This document shows, piece by piece, positions 13,900 through 27,250 of a stretch of DNA of 64,000 nucleotides; within the stretch, counting starts at the first letter, position 1; each line of letters starts with the position of its first letter. The position numbers and the translations under genes were made by a program. The stretch is from positions 35,342,001 through 35,406,000 of the forward strand of contig CM119372.1 in NCBI GenBank assembly GCA_051294905.1, given 5' to 3'. This DNA comes from Botryllus schlosseri (lineage: Eukaryota). Below the pieces are notes generated by a model. The model searched no databases and had not been told where the DNA came from. It saw only the letters and a list, made by a program, of their open reading frames with translations.

Positions 13900-14690
13900 C
13901 ACTGTCCACTCCCATTACAAGAGATCCTCATCAAAGGGAAATGTCTACTCGCGCCCCAATAGCAACCTAACTAAGAGATCTATTGACTACTCAGGACCTA
14001 TCATCTGGCAGGGTTGTAACCAAGTCACAAGGCTCCGAGTCACAAGTCAATCTCACTTTTACAGTTTTGACTCGAGTCAAGTCGAGTCATATCAATTCAC
14101 CACCAAGTCAAGTCCGAGTTCAAGTCAGCGAGCAGAGGGTCGAGTCCGAGTCATGGAATTATGACTGGAGTCCGAGTCCAAGTCATTGTGTTGACTGCTC
14201 AGTTTCCAGTTAAATTATTGATAAACCCACTTTTTATAACTCTGTTTGGTGATGTCGAATGGTTCGCATGTATAATATAACAACTTTCCTCACTTTTAGC
14301 AGTTTCTGGTCGCATTTTCAAGTACCAGTACCAACAGACGAAATCCCAATAGTGTGTTGGCTTTGGAATTACAATGAAATGTCGGTCTTGGCCGTCTGAG
14401 TCTCGAGTCAATGACTTGGTTCGAGTCATGCGCAAGTCCAAGTCGAGTCAATACACAGATTGACTCAAGTCGAGTCGAGTCATTTCCGTATTTTGAAAAA
14501 ATGACTCGAGTCAAGTCGAGTCATCAGAAAATCGTGACTCGAGTCGGACTCGAGTCGAGTCATGACTCGAGTCATTACAACCCTGTCATCTGGAATGGAT
14601 TACCACAAGATATTCGTGAAATGCCCTATAATAACTTTAAAAAAAGACCTACTTAGTCACCTCTTGTCGTAATATTTTAACACTGTTGTC
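13900..14690 (+). mobile_element. 3' remnant of a CR1/L2-type non-LTR retrotransposon, split by a MITE
   Basis: Removing 14009-14585 and one TSD restores ...TKRSIDYSGPIIW-NGLPQDIREMPYNNFKK, the C-terminal 'GPxxWNxLP...FKK' signature of CR1/L2 ORF2. Confidence 0.7.
14009..14585 (+). mobile_element. hAT MITE with GACTCGAGTC palindromic subterminal repeats
   Basis: CAGGGTTGTAA ... TTACAACCCTG TIRs; perfect TSD TCATCTGG. Second copy at 61000-61579. Confidence 0.92.
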
Positions 14691-15130
14691 CTACCTTGCC
14701 CAGACATTGCTTTATTCAGCATTTGCTACCATTAGTCACTTTTTCTTTTTTCTTTTCCTTTTTAAACCAACATTTTTTACAGCCTGACTGTGTGGAGTCA
14801 AGTGTATCTGTTTGATGCTAGTTGACCTTCACGGTCGTGTCGATCATTACTATCTGATACCGAATACTGTGCATGCATTTTGTCTGTACCACCATCATTG
14901 CCGTCTGTCTTTCTTATGTATTATGGTTGGATGAAAATAAAGACTCTCTCTCTCTCTCATAGATATACCGAGAGCAAAAACAGCTATTTGGTCTATTTGT
15001 GAAAACACACGCACGGCTGTTCGGTGTTCGGTGGGTGTTCGCTTTCTGCGTAAACAAACATGTAACTGCGTATCTCTAACACCAAACAAAACTTTGGGTG
15101 CAATTTCATCATTTCGTTATCGGCATAGAT

Positions 15131-16211
15131 TAGGATTGCCATATTTTTGTTTCACAAATTCCGGACGCTCTTCGGCGCCCACTAGCGGATTTTAAAATGA
15201 GGTGTGAGCACATTGTCGATGAATATGACGTCACACCAGCAACGCTTTGTGTATGGACTAGAGGTGGTCACGATTGGGTTCAGGAGTATGTGGTTGTGTA
15301 TGGTAAATTGGAACCAGGGCCGAAGTCACATTTTTTCAGCTCCCTTCCGCCGAGATAAACACTGATCTTGGGCCTCCCGTTGGGTATTCAATGCAACTTC
15401 TGGGGGCTTACTATATGCATCTGGTCGTTAAATGATTTGAATGTCACTAATATTGGTTCTTCCATATATTACTGTATAATTTTGATTCTCTCTCCGCCCA
15501 CATGATCAGAGTTAGCGGTCGAGCTGGTGGAGGATGATGACTTCGAGAATGCAAGGAGCATAATTGTACATCGTTAAGTCATGTTCATGTCACGCCGATA
15601 AGATTATTTATCAGACTAATGCCGGTGCGCACTGAACCACTGAGCTATATAAACACCGCATATCCGGGGGTTTCCAACCTTTTATGGTCGCGACTCTATT
15701 TCCAAATTGAAAATGTGCCGTGGTCCAGCTCAAAATTTGAAGAGCTGATTACTAATTTAAAGTCGGTATATTTGCCCAGACCTACTCACGGCATATTTTG
15801 GAAGCTAATTACGTTCAAAATCTTCGCGAACCGCAGAATAAAAGCAAACTACCCCCAGGTTTAGAAACACCATATCTGAATATATCATCCGAACCGTTAT
15901 CTTATAATTGCCAATACAATCACACTTCTTTTTGTATATGAATGTTATTTTTTTATTTATTTTTGATCGCCGTTTTTGCGAGGGAGATAGTCCCCATATT
16001 AAAACCAATATAAATGATGCTAAATCGCGCGCAGCGCGGAGTAAAATTTCATGTGGCATATATCTGCCCAAAAATAATCTTGTTTATGTGGATTTACGAA
16101 AAAATTATTAGTTTACTTCAAGCCTTCAAAATTCCGGACATTTAGCCAGATTTTAGAAATTCCTCCCGGACGCAGTTTTTACAGTGAAATTCCGGACGTA
16201 TGACAACCCTA
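15131..16211 (-). mobile_element. hAT MITE, inverted copy of 4801-5943
   Basis: TAGGATTGCCATA ... TATGACAACCCTA termini; perfect TSD GCATAGAT (15123-15130, 16212-16219); colinear with 4801-5943. Confidence 0.92.
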
Positions 16212-16438
16212 GCATAGATCCGTACTGTTCAGTTGTTGCTTATTAACCCATCCTGCTGTCCGCGTTAGACTTGTTCAGATCACAAAGGTAGATTAAAAGA
16301 CTTCAATTTATTAGTACTAATGCACTATACGACGATATTCAACAAAACACTTACCTTTGATGGGTATTTCATTATGTTAGTGAATAGCATATATTGAAAC
16401 TGTGTGACCTCTTGTGATTTCGCAAGGGAGACAAAGTA

Positions 16439-17400
16439 GGGGAGATGTGGTACCGATGGATCACTGGGACCGAAAATACTTGAAAAATTCTCCATGATAA
16501 TTCCTTGATTACACTCCGGGAATTTGTCTACAATTACATACTGACAGAATCTTCCCTCACATGCAAAAAAATTCGACCTTCGTGAGTTATTGGGTCTGTG
16601 ACGAATGATTTACGTTTTATGGGGTCTAAAGTAAATTTCGATCGACATTTTCATTTTTCTATATCACCTTTCAGACTAACAAACCCGCCATAATTTTTGA
16701 TGTGAAGTATAGGGCTTGTATCAGGGTATATAATGGCACATATTTTTTGAATCAATACCATCCTCGAGTGGACTATTTTCAAGTCAATTACAATATTTAG
16801 TGGGTGGGGGACCTATGGTACCATAGCCAAATCAAGCAAAATAGATAGACCAACTAATCACTTATCAACAGAAACTAGCCTACACATATACAGGCTGTGA
16901 ATTATAGTTACCTGTGGTGTTTTATCGCTATTGCGAGGTATTTGAAAGCCCAAATGTCGATTTGCGGGTAATACGTATGTGGCATTAATTTTGTAAGTTT
17001 AGGCGTAAATCAAAACATGATTTTACGCCAACATTTGAGTTGATATAATCAATTTTTTTCTTAAAGGTCGCAACGAAACATTCTTCATTGGCTTGCTGTA
17101 GCTTAGCTTATAGTACACAACAAAACAAGTTAACAAATTTGAGTTTTTGAGCGTTTCTCTCATTGGTCCCATGGTCGTGTGCCTTTGGACCCACCGGGTG
17201 GGGACCGATGACACGTTCGAGCAACAAATTTTAAACGTTTATAAATATTTTTTGAAAAGGCCGGTATTCATGTAAATGTCCGCGATAGGTAGAGCTTGTA
17301 TCGAAGTGTTGAGTCAGCAAAAGATCTGCTATTCCCGGCTGAAGATTTGAGGGCCAGAGATCATTTTGCGATTTTTGATCCATCGGTACCACATCTCCCC
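16439..17400. mobile_element. Non-autonomous TIR element with TA target duplication (Tc1/mariner-like target)
   Basis: Perfect TIRs GGGGAGATGTGGTACCGATGGATCA / TGATCCATCGGTACCACATCTCCCC flanked by TA on both sides; internal copies of the GGGACCGATG motif. Confidence 0.85.
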
Positions 17401-19109
17401 TAGCTATCACTGCTGAGGTTTGTCGAGGGCAGTGCTCTTCAACCTTTTTCGCTATGGTATACGCTTTTAGCGTTTACTAAAAACTCGTACACCCGTGACC
17501 ACATAATACACCGATTACCCAGTAAGCCGCATGTGGATTAGATATATAGCACATGGTAAGGTTACCATACATTGCAATAAGGAAAGGAGGACACTTTTTA
17601 AAACACATAAAAGTTAATTTACCGAGAACGAAATCAGCATATTATGGAGATTTTACTGGAAATATTCATGTGTTAAACAAGGTCTCGACCCACTTTTAAC
17701 GTTACTTCAGCGGTATTGACTAAAATAAGGTCCTCACTTTGAATCGTATGGTAGCCTACGTATGGACGCATGCCGCATGGTACGTAAAGTAACCCTAGCA
17801 TACGGCCGCATTCCAGCGGAGCGAGTCGTCATAGTCCCTCTGGACGACAAATACCCAGGTGAAATTGGCTACCGCGAAGTTTGCACCGCGGAGTGTCTAT
17901 GTGGTTTTCTTTGCCATCGCTGATTTCTTGAGATGTACCTTGCGTATAACTGTTTCTAATTGTAGAATCGGAACATCCTTGCCGGAGTACTATATGTATC
18001 ACAACCACCAGTATAAATATCAGGACAAGTTATTGGTATTAAATTTCTAGTCGCTTGGAGCATAAACATTTTTCCGCCGTCTTGATTGAATTTCGTCGAT
18101 AATGGTGGTAGTTTCACTTATTACCTTCGGAATTGAATTTATACTTATGCCACGTGATCAGAGCAACGGAGAGGGCTGATGGAGAGGGTGTATACGAACA
18201 ATTTCGACACAAAATTAATGATGATGCATCTTCTTGTTTTTATGAATTGCTCTGTTGCATATTGTTATTGCTTGAACTCCCATCTGGATCGTCGGCGGAG
18301 TCAAAATATATTGGAATCGCCCAAACGTACCAGAAAAACCTTCAATCGTGAGACGTACACGATTCAAACTTGGTATTTCTTTATATGGCGCATCGTGTTC
18401 CCAATAATGCGTTGAGGACACTATTATACTGAAAACGAAAAATCCAAGTCACCCTGCATCGCGCTAAGCGTGAAGAAAATTTTTAGGTTACGTTTATTGT
18501 ATTATAAAAGCCAAATCCGTCCGATACTGAGTTACGGAATTTTGAGTTAATATCTGTAGCAAATAGTGATTGGGTAAATCATCAGGTTCACGTTCGCGTC
18601 CGGTGTGTTTGGAGGTTCACGTTAACAAACGAACCTTGGTAATCTCTGCACTGGGAACCTTTTTGATGTATCTTTCAGGTCATCGCAGTATGTTCGGTTG
18701 AAATTCCTAGTATGTCAACTTCGGCTCACTCTGTACATGGCGCTGGCAGCAGGAATCGAAATTCAGCCGTAAACGTACATGGCCCTTGCGAAATTCAAAA
18801 TGTTTTTTGCTTTGCTAGAAAAGTTTGGTCGAAATTTTCAGCTTACCGTTTGTGAATATTTAGGGACTCACTGCAATCATACTACATTGACTACAGCAAG
18901 AACGAAAACACTACATGTGGCGAGATGGCGCAGTGGTATGAACCACAGCTGCAACACCAATAATTTGCGGTTTCAAAGTTTATCTAGGTTCCTACTGAAT
19001 CATAACAAAGAATATCGGTCTACGGGTATAGTGTAAATGACCATTCTGGTCAAAAGCACCAATATTGCCATAAACAACAACAACACTACATGCAGGTCGT
19101 AAGCGGACA

Positions 19110-19790
19110 GACTGGCCAAAACCGTTTCCGACTCCCCGCCGAATTACCGGGATTTGCCGATGCTCTCGGAACAAGAAGCTCGCCGTGTCGTACGTCGTCA
19201 CTGCATGACGTTGTGGGATCAGGAATACCGTATATCCGAAAAAGGATGTCAATATAAATCCTTCAAATCCTCGGTTTGTGATTCTCCCCCTACTTGTGGA
19301 AACCGCCTTATAGATGGCATCATGTTTCGTTTGAAATCTGGACATTGCCGATTGAACGCTCATTTGTTTAGAATTGGAATAGTTGAATCTCCATATTGTA
19401 GTTACTGCCGATACCCCGAAACCGTCGAACACTTTTTAATATGTTGTCCAAAATATGCTTTTCACCGTGAATTTCTCATAGATAAATGTGCGCAATTAAA
19501 AGTGAATTTTTGTATTACCGATTTACTCCTGAATCCTCGAATAACGCCTTATGTTGTTGAATTTGTGTTATCGTGCAACCGCAATTTGTGACTTGAGTTT
19601 ATCATGCTGTTCCGATAATTGATTTGTTTTCTTGTGCAACCGCCTTACCCTCGTGTTTTTGGTCTACCCTCGTGTCCTTGTGATACCGCCTGCTATGATC
19701 TGAGTGTATCCAATTCATTCCGTTTCCGCCATTATTCATGTACAATGTTATTGGCCGTGGCGGCCCGCCCCAATTTAATCCCTATTATTG
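19110..19790 (+). mobile_element. 3' end of an I/Jockey-group non-LTR retrotransposon (5'-truncated)
   Basis: ORF 19154..19591 has RLKSGHCRLNAHLFRIG...CSYC..PETVEHFLICCPKY, the C-terminal CCHC zinc finger of I-group ORF2, followed by a 3' UTR. Confidence 0.85.
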
Positions 19791-20910
19791 GCCCCGAACC
19801 CAGAGCGGGGCGGGCGGCATCCTCAGGATTGTCTCTTCATTGTTTCCGCGGACTCCTTTTTACCAGAACGGACCCATCTTAGAACCTCGAAACTTACAAT
19901 ATCACAACTTAAGTCTACGACAAATAGTCACAAGTCAATGGAGCCGGGTAGCCTATTCCTCGACGGTGTACGAAGCGTGACGACACGCAACGGATGCCGC
20001 ACGAGACAACTATTTACATCGTACCGAAGGCGTAACGATATTTATGTAGCGATAAATATTACTCAAGTAAAATAGTTTTATTGCCGTCGACTCTGACGAT
20101 TAGCTTAATATCTTACAGTCAATTTCAAAATTTATCAATTAGCTTGTGTCATTGATGAAATTAATGATAGCTTGTTGTTAAAAAACACCTTCGTTATTAC
20201 AAGTACCCTACCATGATTATAATAAAGTATATAAATTATTCTTATAAAGTAAAAACCAAAGCTTAAACTTTTTGGATGTTTAGTTCTAATAATTTAGTCC
20301 ATACATTACTGGAAAATAATATAGTTTTGACTCTTGGATAAACTTTATGATGATGTAATTGGATTAACTCGATATTCTCATAGCGCATAAACTGTACAAT
20401 GGTTGACTAAACTCTGCAAACTAGCATGATTTAGTCTTATGTTATTGGCATATACGTGGATGTGTTGGTACTGGAGCAGTTTCTTGCTTGAGTATATATG
20501 CCACGTATCATCATTTTATCCGACTTATCGAAATATTGAAATCGTCCAACACCAAAACACATTGGATGTTGATTAGAATGAATAATAATTTTATTTTCTG
20601 ATCACGAATTCACGATAATTCACATATGCTACAGGTGATAAGAGGATGTATCATCAATCAATACTTATGGATCATGATCAAGTTGAAATTCCTTATGTTG
20701 AGTAGTGGTCAATAGTCACATTCTTTATGACTGGTTGCAAAGAGTCCATTTGAGAGGAATCACGGAAATGCTATTTTAATCTCAGAACATTTCGCTAATC
20801 TATTATGACGTGACTGGCTAATCAATATTTCTCTGTTATAAGTTTGTAATGTTTGTCTTCATCGCCGATTAATTCTTGTCGTAAATTGTCAGTTTCCCAT
20901 ATTCGTTTAG

Positions 20911-22138
20911 CGCCAATATCTCGACATCAGTTATAATTGTCTGGATGAAGAGTGTATGGCTGCACTGCCGCCCTTATTTTGTAAAGACAAAGCAGTTAGC
21001 CTTGTGATGAAAGGATGCGACCTTACACCCGATGAAATTCATGCTTTTGAATGTTTTGGTGAAATCGAGGTAGCCATTCGTTTCCACAATTTTGTGTGTC
21101 GTTTTCAGAATAGTTTGCTGTATTTTGTAGGTTGATAAACTCGATCTAATGTTACAATACGGATTTGGAACCGGTAGGATTGCAAGAAATCGGACGCTTC
21201 GCGAAAAGGCATAACACGAAGGCAGTTCGACTCTCAGCTTGCGAATAAGATGATCACTGAACAGTCATTAACTTCGTTGAATAATGGTCTCGGAAATCAT
21301 GAGGTGATCCATTTTAGCTAGATCTGTTTTGTTTTCTTGCAAGTTAAATAAACAAGCATAGTGTACTACTAATATGAGTTCCAATCAAGGTCAGGCATAG
21401 CATTTCAATTAGCGAGCGAATTTATCATCAATAAGGCATTCGTGATCACGTCTGCTGATAAAAAGTGTCATATTGCTTATGAGCGGAAGGTTTTCTATCG
21501 CTCATTCATATTAATGGTAGTTTCGGCAGTTTCTTCAAGTCCTATCGACGTTTATCAATTTCTGTATTACACCAGTTTTACGATGAGGCGCAGAAATTGA
21601 TAATATTGCTCTGTCGTCGATAAATATCATTGTTACAGCAACTGAGCTGTTTGTAGCGTCGTAAAATATTTGATCATCACACTGTGTTTAAGCTGCATTC
21701 GTTGGATTTGAGTAGAAATCCTGACATTTCCTCCTGCTACAAAACAGTAACTGAAATCCTGCATAAAACCCGCGTTGAAGAATTCAACCTGAGTAATTGC
21801 AAGATGCTTTCATTGCAAATCAGGAATTTTACCGAAGAGATGGGGAAGCGATGCGCTACAGTAAGTTATTTCCTGCTCTGTCGTGGTTCTCAATAAAGCA
21901 ATGTAGTTCAGATTTCGTTTATGAAATTGATCTAAACCGCCTAATAATCAATTATTCAATGAACAGCTAAAGGTATTCGACCTCAGTGACAGCGATAGAA
22001 CAAGAATCGACGAGGAATATGTGACTACCATTCAGAGCTTCGTGAAATATCATCCTGAATGTCGCCAACACAAACTGATCTTACCGCGCTTGAATGGCGT
22101 AGACAGGAACACTTTAAGGAAACAATTGCATTCTTCCG
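20911..22138 (+). pseudogene. RI-like (NLR-type) leucine-rich-repeat exons, frameshifted
   Basis: Four AG..GT-bounded exons of 159-173 nt (20911-21069, 21131-21303, 21693-21860, 21967-22138), each opening with LxxLDLSxN (YLDISYN, LHSLDLSRN, LKVFDLSD). The second exon (173 nt) has frameshifts and in-frame stops. Confidence 0.72.
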
Positions 22139-22700
22139 GTAAGACGATATTTCCGCATAAACACGCATCTATACATTGGGATTTGGCCCCCTTATTCCTT
22201 CACTTCATATTACTTATCGTGTTCGCTACGTCTTGGTAAAAGTGTAGGTAATTACATAACACTACAGGTTAACCCAGGTAAATGTAACTTGGCTCACTTG
22301 CATGTATTGAAGTTTAGAATCCCCGTGAAATTAATTACTGAGCAAAGTATTCTTCGTAAATAACAACAAAATAGCAACATTTATATCTGATCCATATACA
22401 CAATATTTATAGAACACGATATTTGGTCGTGGAGAACCAACGATATTTGGCATAGAAAGATGGATAATTTTGAGCTGTCATAACTCCCTGTCGCAACTAT
22501 GGTCGGAATTGGGTCAAATATGACCTGCGGCGTTTTCTAGGTAACCTAACAATTCCCTTACGCAGCTGGATAAATTTGAAGAATAGAAATGTTCCAGATA
22601 AAGACGGTTTTATGGATTAATCTTTCATGTAATCTCAGAAGAAACTGCATCCGTCCTACAGTGATTATTGATGTAATGAAACGGCGAAGAAATATATTAT

Positions 22701-23582
22701 TTAAAAAATATTACATGATGTATGGCAAAGGAGTATCCATGATCTTGTTATTGCCATTGCAATAGACGTCAGTCCAATTCCGACAAACATGAGCCTCTTC
22801 CAAACTTTGCTATCATCGAAAGCTGCGTTATCAAAAAATCCTACAGAACTGTCCTGAAACAAAGAAAAAAATGTAAGGGTTCCTAATCTTGCAGAGGAAA
22901 GTCACCGTACTTGCTAGGTAATTCAAAGCTCGGAGCGCTTGGTCTGTAAATTTCTGTGCCTTATGACAAAATGTGAATTGAAAACCGAATTGTGAAGTGC
23001 AAGCTAAGTTTCATTATCGATAGATGGTATTGGCTCTCGAGAGCAGATACACAGTACCTCAAGCTAAACGATAATTCCCAAATCCTTATCAGGGCATGCA
23101 AAATCGCTTACCCATCCTCCATTTTCCCCTATCCACTTTCGTCTTCTTCTACCGATGTAATTCCCGACTGACTGTATGATACCTTCTATATTATCACCGT
23201 GATGCTCTTCCTCGTTTTTGCGAGCAAGAATGCTACCCAGCACAAACACAGATACAATCCGACCCCAATTTTCTTGGGTATCTTTAAAAATTTCATCAGC
23301 TATCATCAGAAACATCCGCTCATCCGCAGAATATTCTTCATATTTTTCATCGACTTCAACAATAGTGTATCGGAGACGTTTAGAGATTGCGTTTACGACA
23401 GTTCGATGTCGCTCGAACATTTCATCACCAACTCGCCGTAAGGTTGCCTCCGCATTCGTATTTGCTTTAACGCTTGGTCCGTCTAGTTCGTACATGATAA
23501 AATTCCTGGCCAAGGAATATGCCCCGGATATAATATCATCCTTTTCTTCAGTGACCGATGGTGATACTCGTAATAATTCCAT
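22701..23582 (-). CDS. Multi-domain Bcl-2 family protein (Mcl-1/Bcl-2-like), 207 aa; exons 23582-23112 and 22853-22701
   Basis: BH3 LRRVGDE, BH1 ENWGRIVSVFVLG, and BH2 WIGENGGW|D split by a GT-AG intron at the family-conserved GGW|D position. Exon 2 encodes a C-terminal hydrophobic anchor (VWKRLMFVGIGLTSIAMAI). Confidence 0.92.
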
Positions 23583-23691
23583 GATTTGAAGATAACAGCG
23601 AGTCAGAGCTCATTCAGATATCTAAGCTAAGCTACTTTGAAAATCAGGATCCAAGGATTTGCTAATTCATTATTATGAGACACTGATGATG

Positions 23692-24068
23692 GGGTTGAAA
23701 TTACGAATTAGAACATATTCTCTGGTAACCGCAAAGAAAATATTGCCTGTTTCATAATACATACCACATTAATGATATTTTTATGTTTCCCAGACCTTGC
23801 ATGATAATGTTTCGGATTAATTACTATTCAAGGAAAATTCATTAAGAGATTTACGTTATTTTGAAACTAGCATCAAAGTATTTGTTTATTTATTTTTATG
23901 AAAAAACTACCAATGCGGTTGAAATTACGAATTGGAAACTAATTGCGGTCTACCGCAAATACAATATTTCCAGTTTCATAATACATACACCATTGATGAT
24001 ATTTTTATGTTTCTTCAACATTATCTATTTATCATAATGTTTCGGATTGATTACTATTCCGGGGAAAT
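23692..24068 (+). repeat. Direct duplication (~145 bp x2) upstream of the Bcl-2-like gene
   Basis: GGTTGAAATTACGAATT...GTTTCATAATACATAC...ATAATGTTTCGGATT..TTACTATTC occurs at ~23692-23830 and ~23917-24060. Confidence 0.75.
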
Positions 24069-27008
24069 GGCTACCAAATTTCGCATCGGTCATATAACTA
24101 TATTACTGTAATTTCAGTGCTCGCTAATTAAATTTTACAACTCGACTCGAATCATTATGACAAACATAGTCGATTCGGATTTCAGCACTCGAATTAGTGC
24201 ACTAGGCGCATCGAAGAAATATCGACTCCTTGAATATCCAATTCTAAATGGTCACTATGGCCAATGTCAGAGCAAATTTCATGTATAGCAATGTGAATAT
24301 TATGAATATTATTCATTTTTCAGGGATATTCAATCTCGCCATTCGGAAGGGATCAGATAACGTGTTGTTATTTAGGTTTTAGGCAAAACTGGGTCCGTAA
24401 TACTTATTTTCTAATCATCTTACAATCGCTACTTCTCTTACTTGAGTAGAAGTTTACTATGTTATGATAGTTAAATGTTGATAAGTACTTTTTCAACGAC
24501 CTTGATGAAAGGTAGCAGTTTATTCTAAATTGTAGGCTACTATGAATTTTCGCGATGCTGAATGGCTATTGCACGGAAAACATGACTAAATAAATCGAAA
24601 AATATTGCAAAGTTAGGCTATGCGATATTAGAGTTCTAAAAATTGCCCTCGACATGAGCCCGTATGTTGGATTTATCGAAAGTAAACGAATGTCATTTCT
24701 CACTACTATCGACAGCGCAATGCCGAGTAACGTTTTACTCGGTCGGAAATAGCTATATACTTCTACTTTAATTGAAAGGAATTATCGGACATCGTAGCTT
24801 CATGTCCTGTTCATATTGCATGCTGTTCATTTATTTCGAGAGGTCGCGATTGGTCACCCATTTTGTGTTACTGAAGAAGTTGCTAACGAAAGGGGCTCGA
24901 TAACGATTTACTCCCGCATTTATCAAAATATACTCTGGTAGGGCTTGCCTACCAACGGAACTCACTTGAAAGATTATGATTAAAACCAGGGATGAGCAAA
25001 CTACGGTTAGCGGATCGCATGCGGACAACATTTTAGTGGCTCACGATAGCATCAAGATATATTTGTAGATATGGACGAAATGTATTCAAAAAATATATAA
25101 TATTTTATCGACCTGATTAAACTTACTATGTTAATTTTTTTTATTGCTGGTGCAATGACCTGACTTCGGGGCGCACGCATTTTCAAAGGTAGTTTATAAA
25201 AATATCATAAATTCAAAATGGCAATGACTTATTTCGTATCATGAATGTGATTTTAGATTGACAACTCCAGCACGTTTATTACTTTAAGCGATTTATTTGG
25301 AATAAGCGATCGATGCGCGTGTTAAGTAGATTCCGCATCTATAGGTGCACTGGACAGTAGGCACAATATTAACTTATTCATAACTACCGCCACGACTCGA
25401 AGCAATCTAAAATGCGACGAGTTGAATATAAACGCTTTTTGCAGTAAAGAAACGATCAAGAAGTAACGTAAAATGTAAGACTTGTAATGTAATGAAGTCG
25501 TTGCTGATTTCAAATTATGAGCTGCCAGATAAAGTAACCGAATTAATTAAATATTTAGGACATCAGTAAATTACGTTCGTCTTCACGGAAGAACGTGCAG
25601 GAAGCAAGTTTTACATAGTAAGACATTAGCTGACGGGTAAGTAAAGGTCGCATGGTTATGATGCTGTCAGCAGGTACCATAAGCAAATCTATAACCAGAT
25701 TCTCGTGCTGTTCTAAGAATCCGTACAATCCACTTCTTCACTAGTTTCCACAAATTGGTTAGGCCTATTGAGGATAAGCAGCTTATAAAACTCGCTAAAT
25801 GTTTATGACGTTATAACGAATACGTTATCATAAATTCAATACTTGATTTGCTCTAAATATATAGGCTAGTTATTATCTCCATTTCCTCGCCTACGCGTTT
25901 TGGCTCATCATCCTAAATAGGCTATATTGCGTCACGCGAATGGATCCATATGTTGCATTCAACCCTCGAGCCAAAACAAGCCGCAGGCACCTTAGCTGCA
26001 ATTAAATTACCCTTATTCTCGACCTACAAAAATTATGCTGGTATTAGATTGAAGACCAATGTGTCAGCTGTTGGGAGTTTATCGCATCGGCGGGCGACGA
26101 TGACACTACAAATAACAACTGTACGTGTACACAGGTTTGTGTTGCCACATATTGTAGTGTTGCGACATAGGCCGGACGTATCAGTCCAAATTCTGAAAGC
26201 GAGAAAAGCCACTCTGATCTTATTTGATGTGGAATTTAACCCCACGGAATCTCAAGTTCGTGCCCATTGGACTGACAGCTGTGTCATAGATGTCTGCGAA
26301 AACGAGCTCATTCGATTTATTGGGGTCGTCAATATTCAACGAAAATTGGGCTACATAATTGTGCGCGGGTCGCATTGTTAAATGTGAATTGGTTAGCATC
26401 CAGCTACACATACTGCGCTATATCGATAAAGCATCAATGCTAGTTGAATATGCTCGTTTGTGCGTCTATAATGTTATGGCACACTCGTCGTTTATTATTG
26501 CTCATGATTTACAGAGCCACTTACATTGAGCGCTTGTTGTACGTCTGCAATAGTAATTGTACACTCGTCGCCTCGCCGTACAATTGAGGGCGCGGGCTCG
26601 GAAGCGTACGGTAACCATCTCTAATTTAATGGCAGCTTTCTTGAGGCTGGAAAATGGACCTGAATCCTTTTCTGAGGTCGACGAGAAACATTATAGCAAA
26701 CATATCACAATATGTAATATCACAATATTAAAAGAATAACTGGAAAAATGTGTTTCAATGCTTGAATGCTAATCGTCGCGAAATCGATGTCGTATTAATT
26801 AAAATATTTATCAATGAACATTAATAATGAACGTAATTAGATGTAGCTAGCAATAGCTTAGTCGTATATAGCCAATGTAATTATCATTAATAACGAACGT
26901 AATTAGAGGAAGCTAGCAATAGCTTAGTCGTATACGAGCTTCGTTCAATGTTTATACTTGAAAGTTGCTGATAGCCTTTTAAAAGCTTCAATACGGACGG
27001 GGATTGGC

Positions 27009-27250
27009 AGCGAGTGCGATAGTGTAATGGTCACGGTTCTGTTCTACAAGACATAGGGTCCTCGGTTCAAATCAGGGAGAGGAGCCGTTTTCATTCGGTT
27101 CAGCACATACGGAATTTCTCAGCGAGCGCGGTAGTGTTAATGGTTACAGTTGTGGTCTATAAGACATGAGGTTCTCGGTTCGATTCCAGAAGAAGGCGCG
27201 TTTTCATATCTGAGTCGGGAGGTCCTCGGTTCAATTCTCGGAGAGTAACC
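27009..27250 (+). repeat. Tandem degenerate tRNA-derived (SINE-head-like) units
   Basis: Two units with A-box-like TAGTGT(T)AATGG and B-box-like GGTTC(A/G)A(A/T)TC, plus a third partial B-box unit; no intact cloverleaf. Confidence 0.55.

Noticed and set aside
14030..14575. GACTCGAGTC arrays (also 61020-61570, GACTCC at 1-150 and CGATTA at 47060-47190) as a CRISPR-like array
   Set aside because: Spacing is irregular, there are no unique spacers, and they are subterminal repeats of TIR/TSD-bounded MITEs in a eukaryotic genome.
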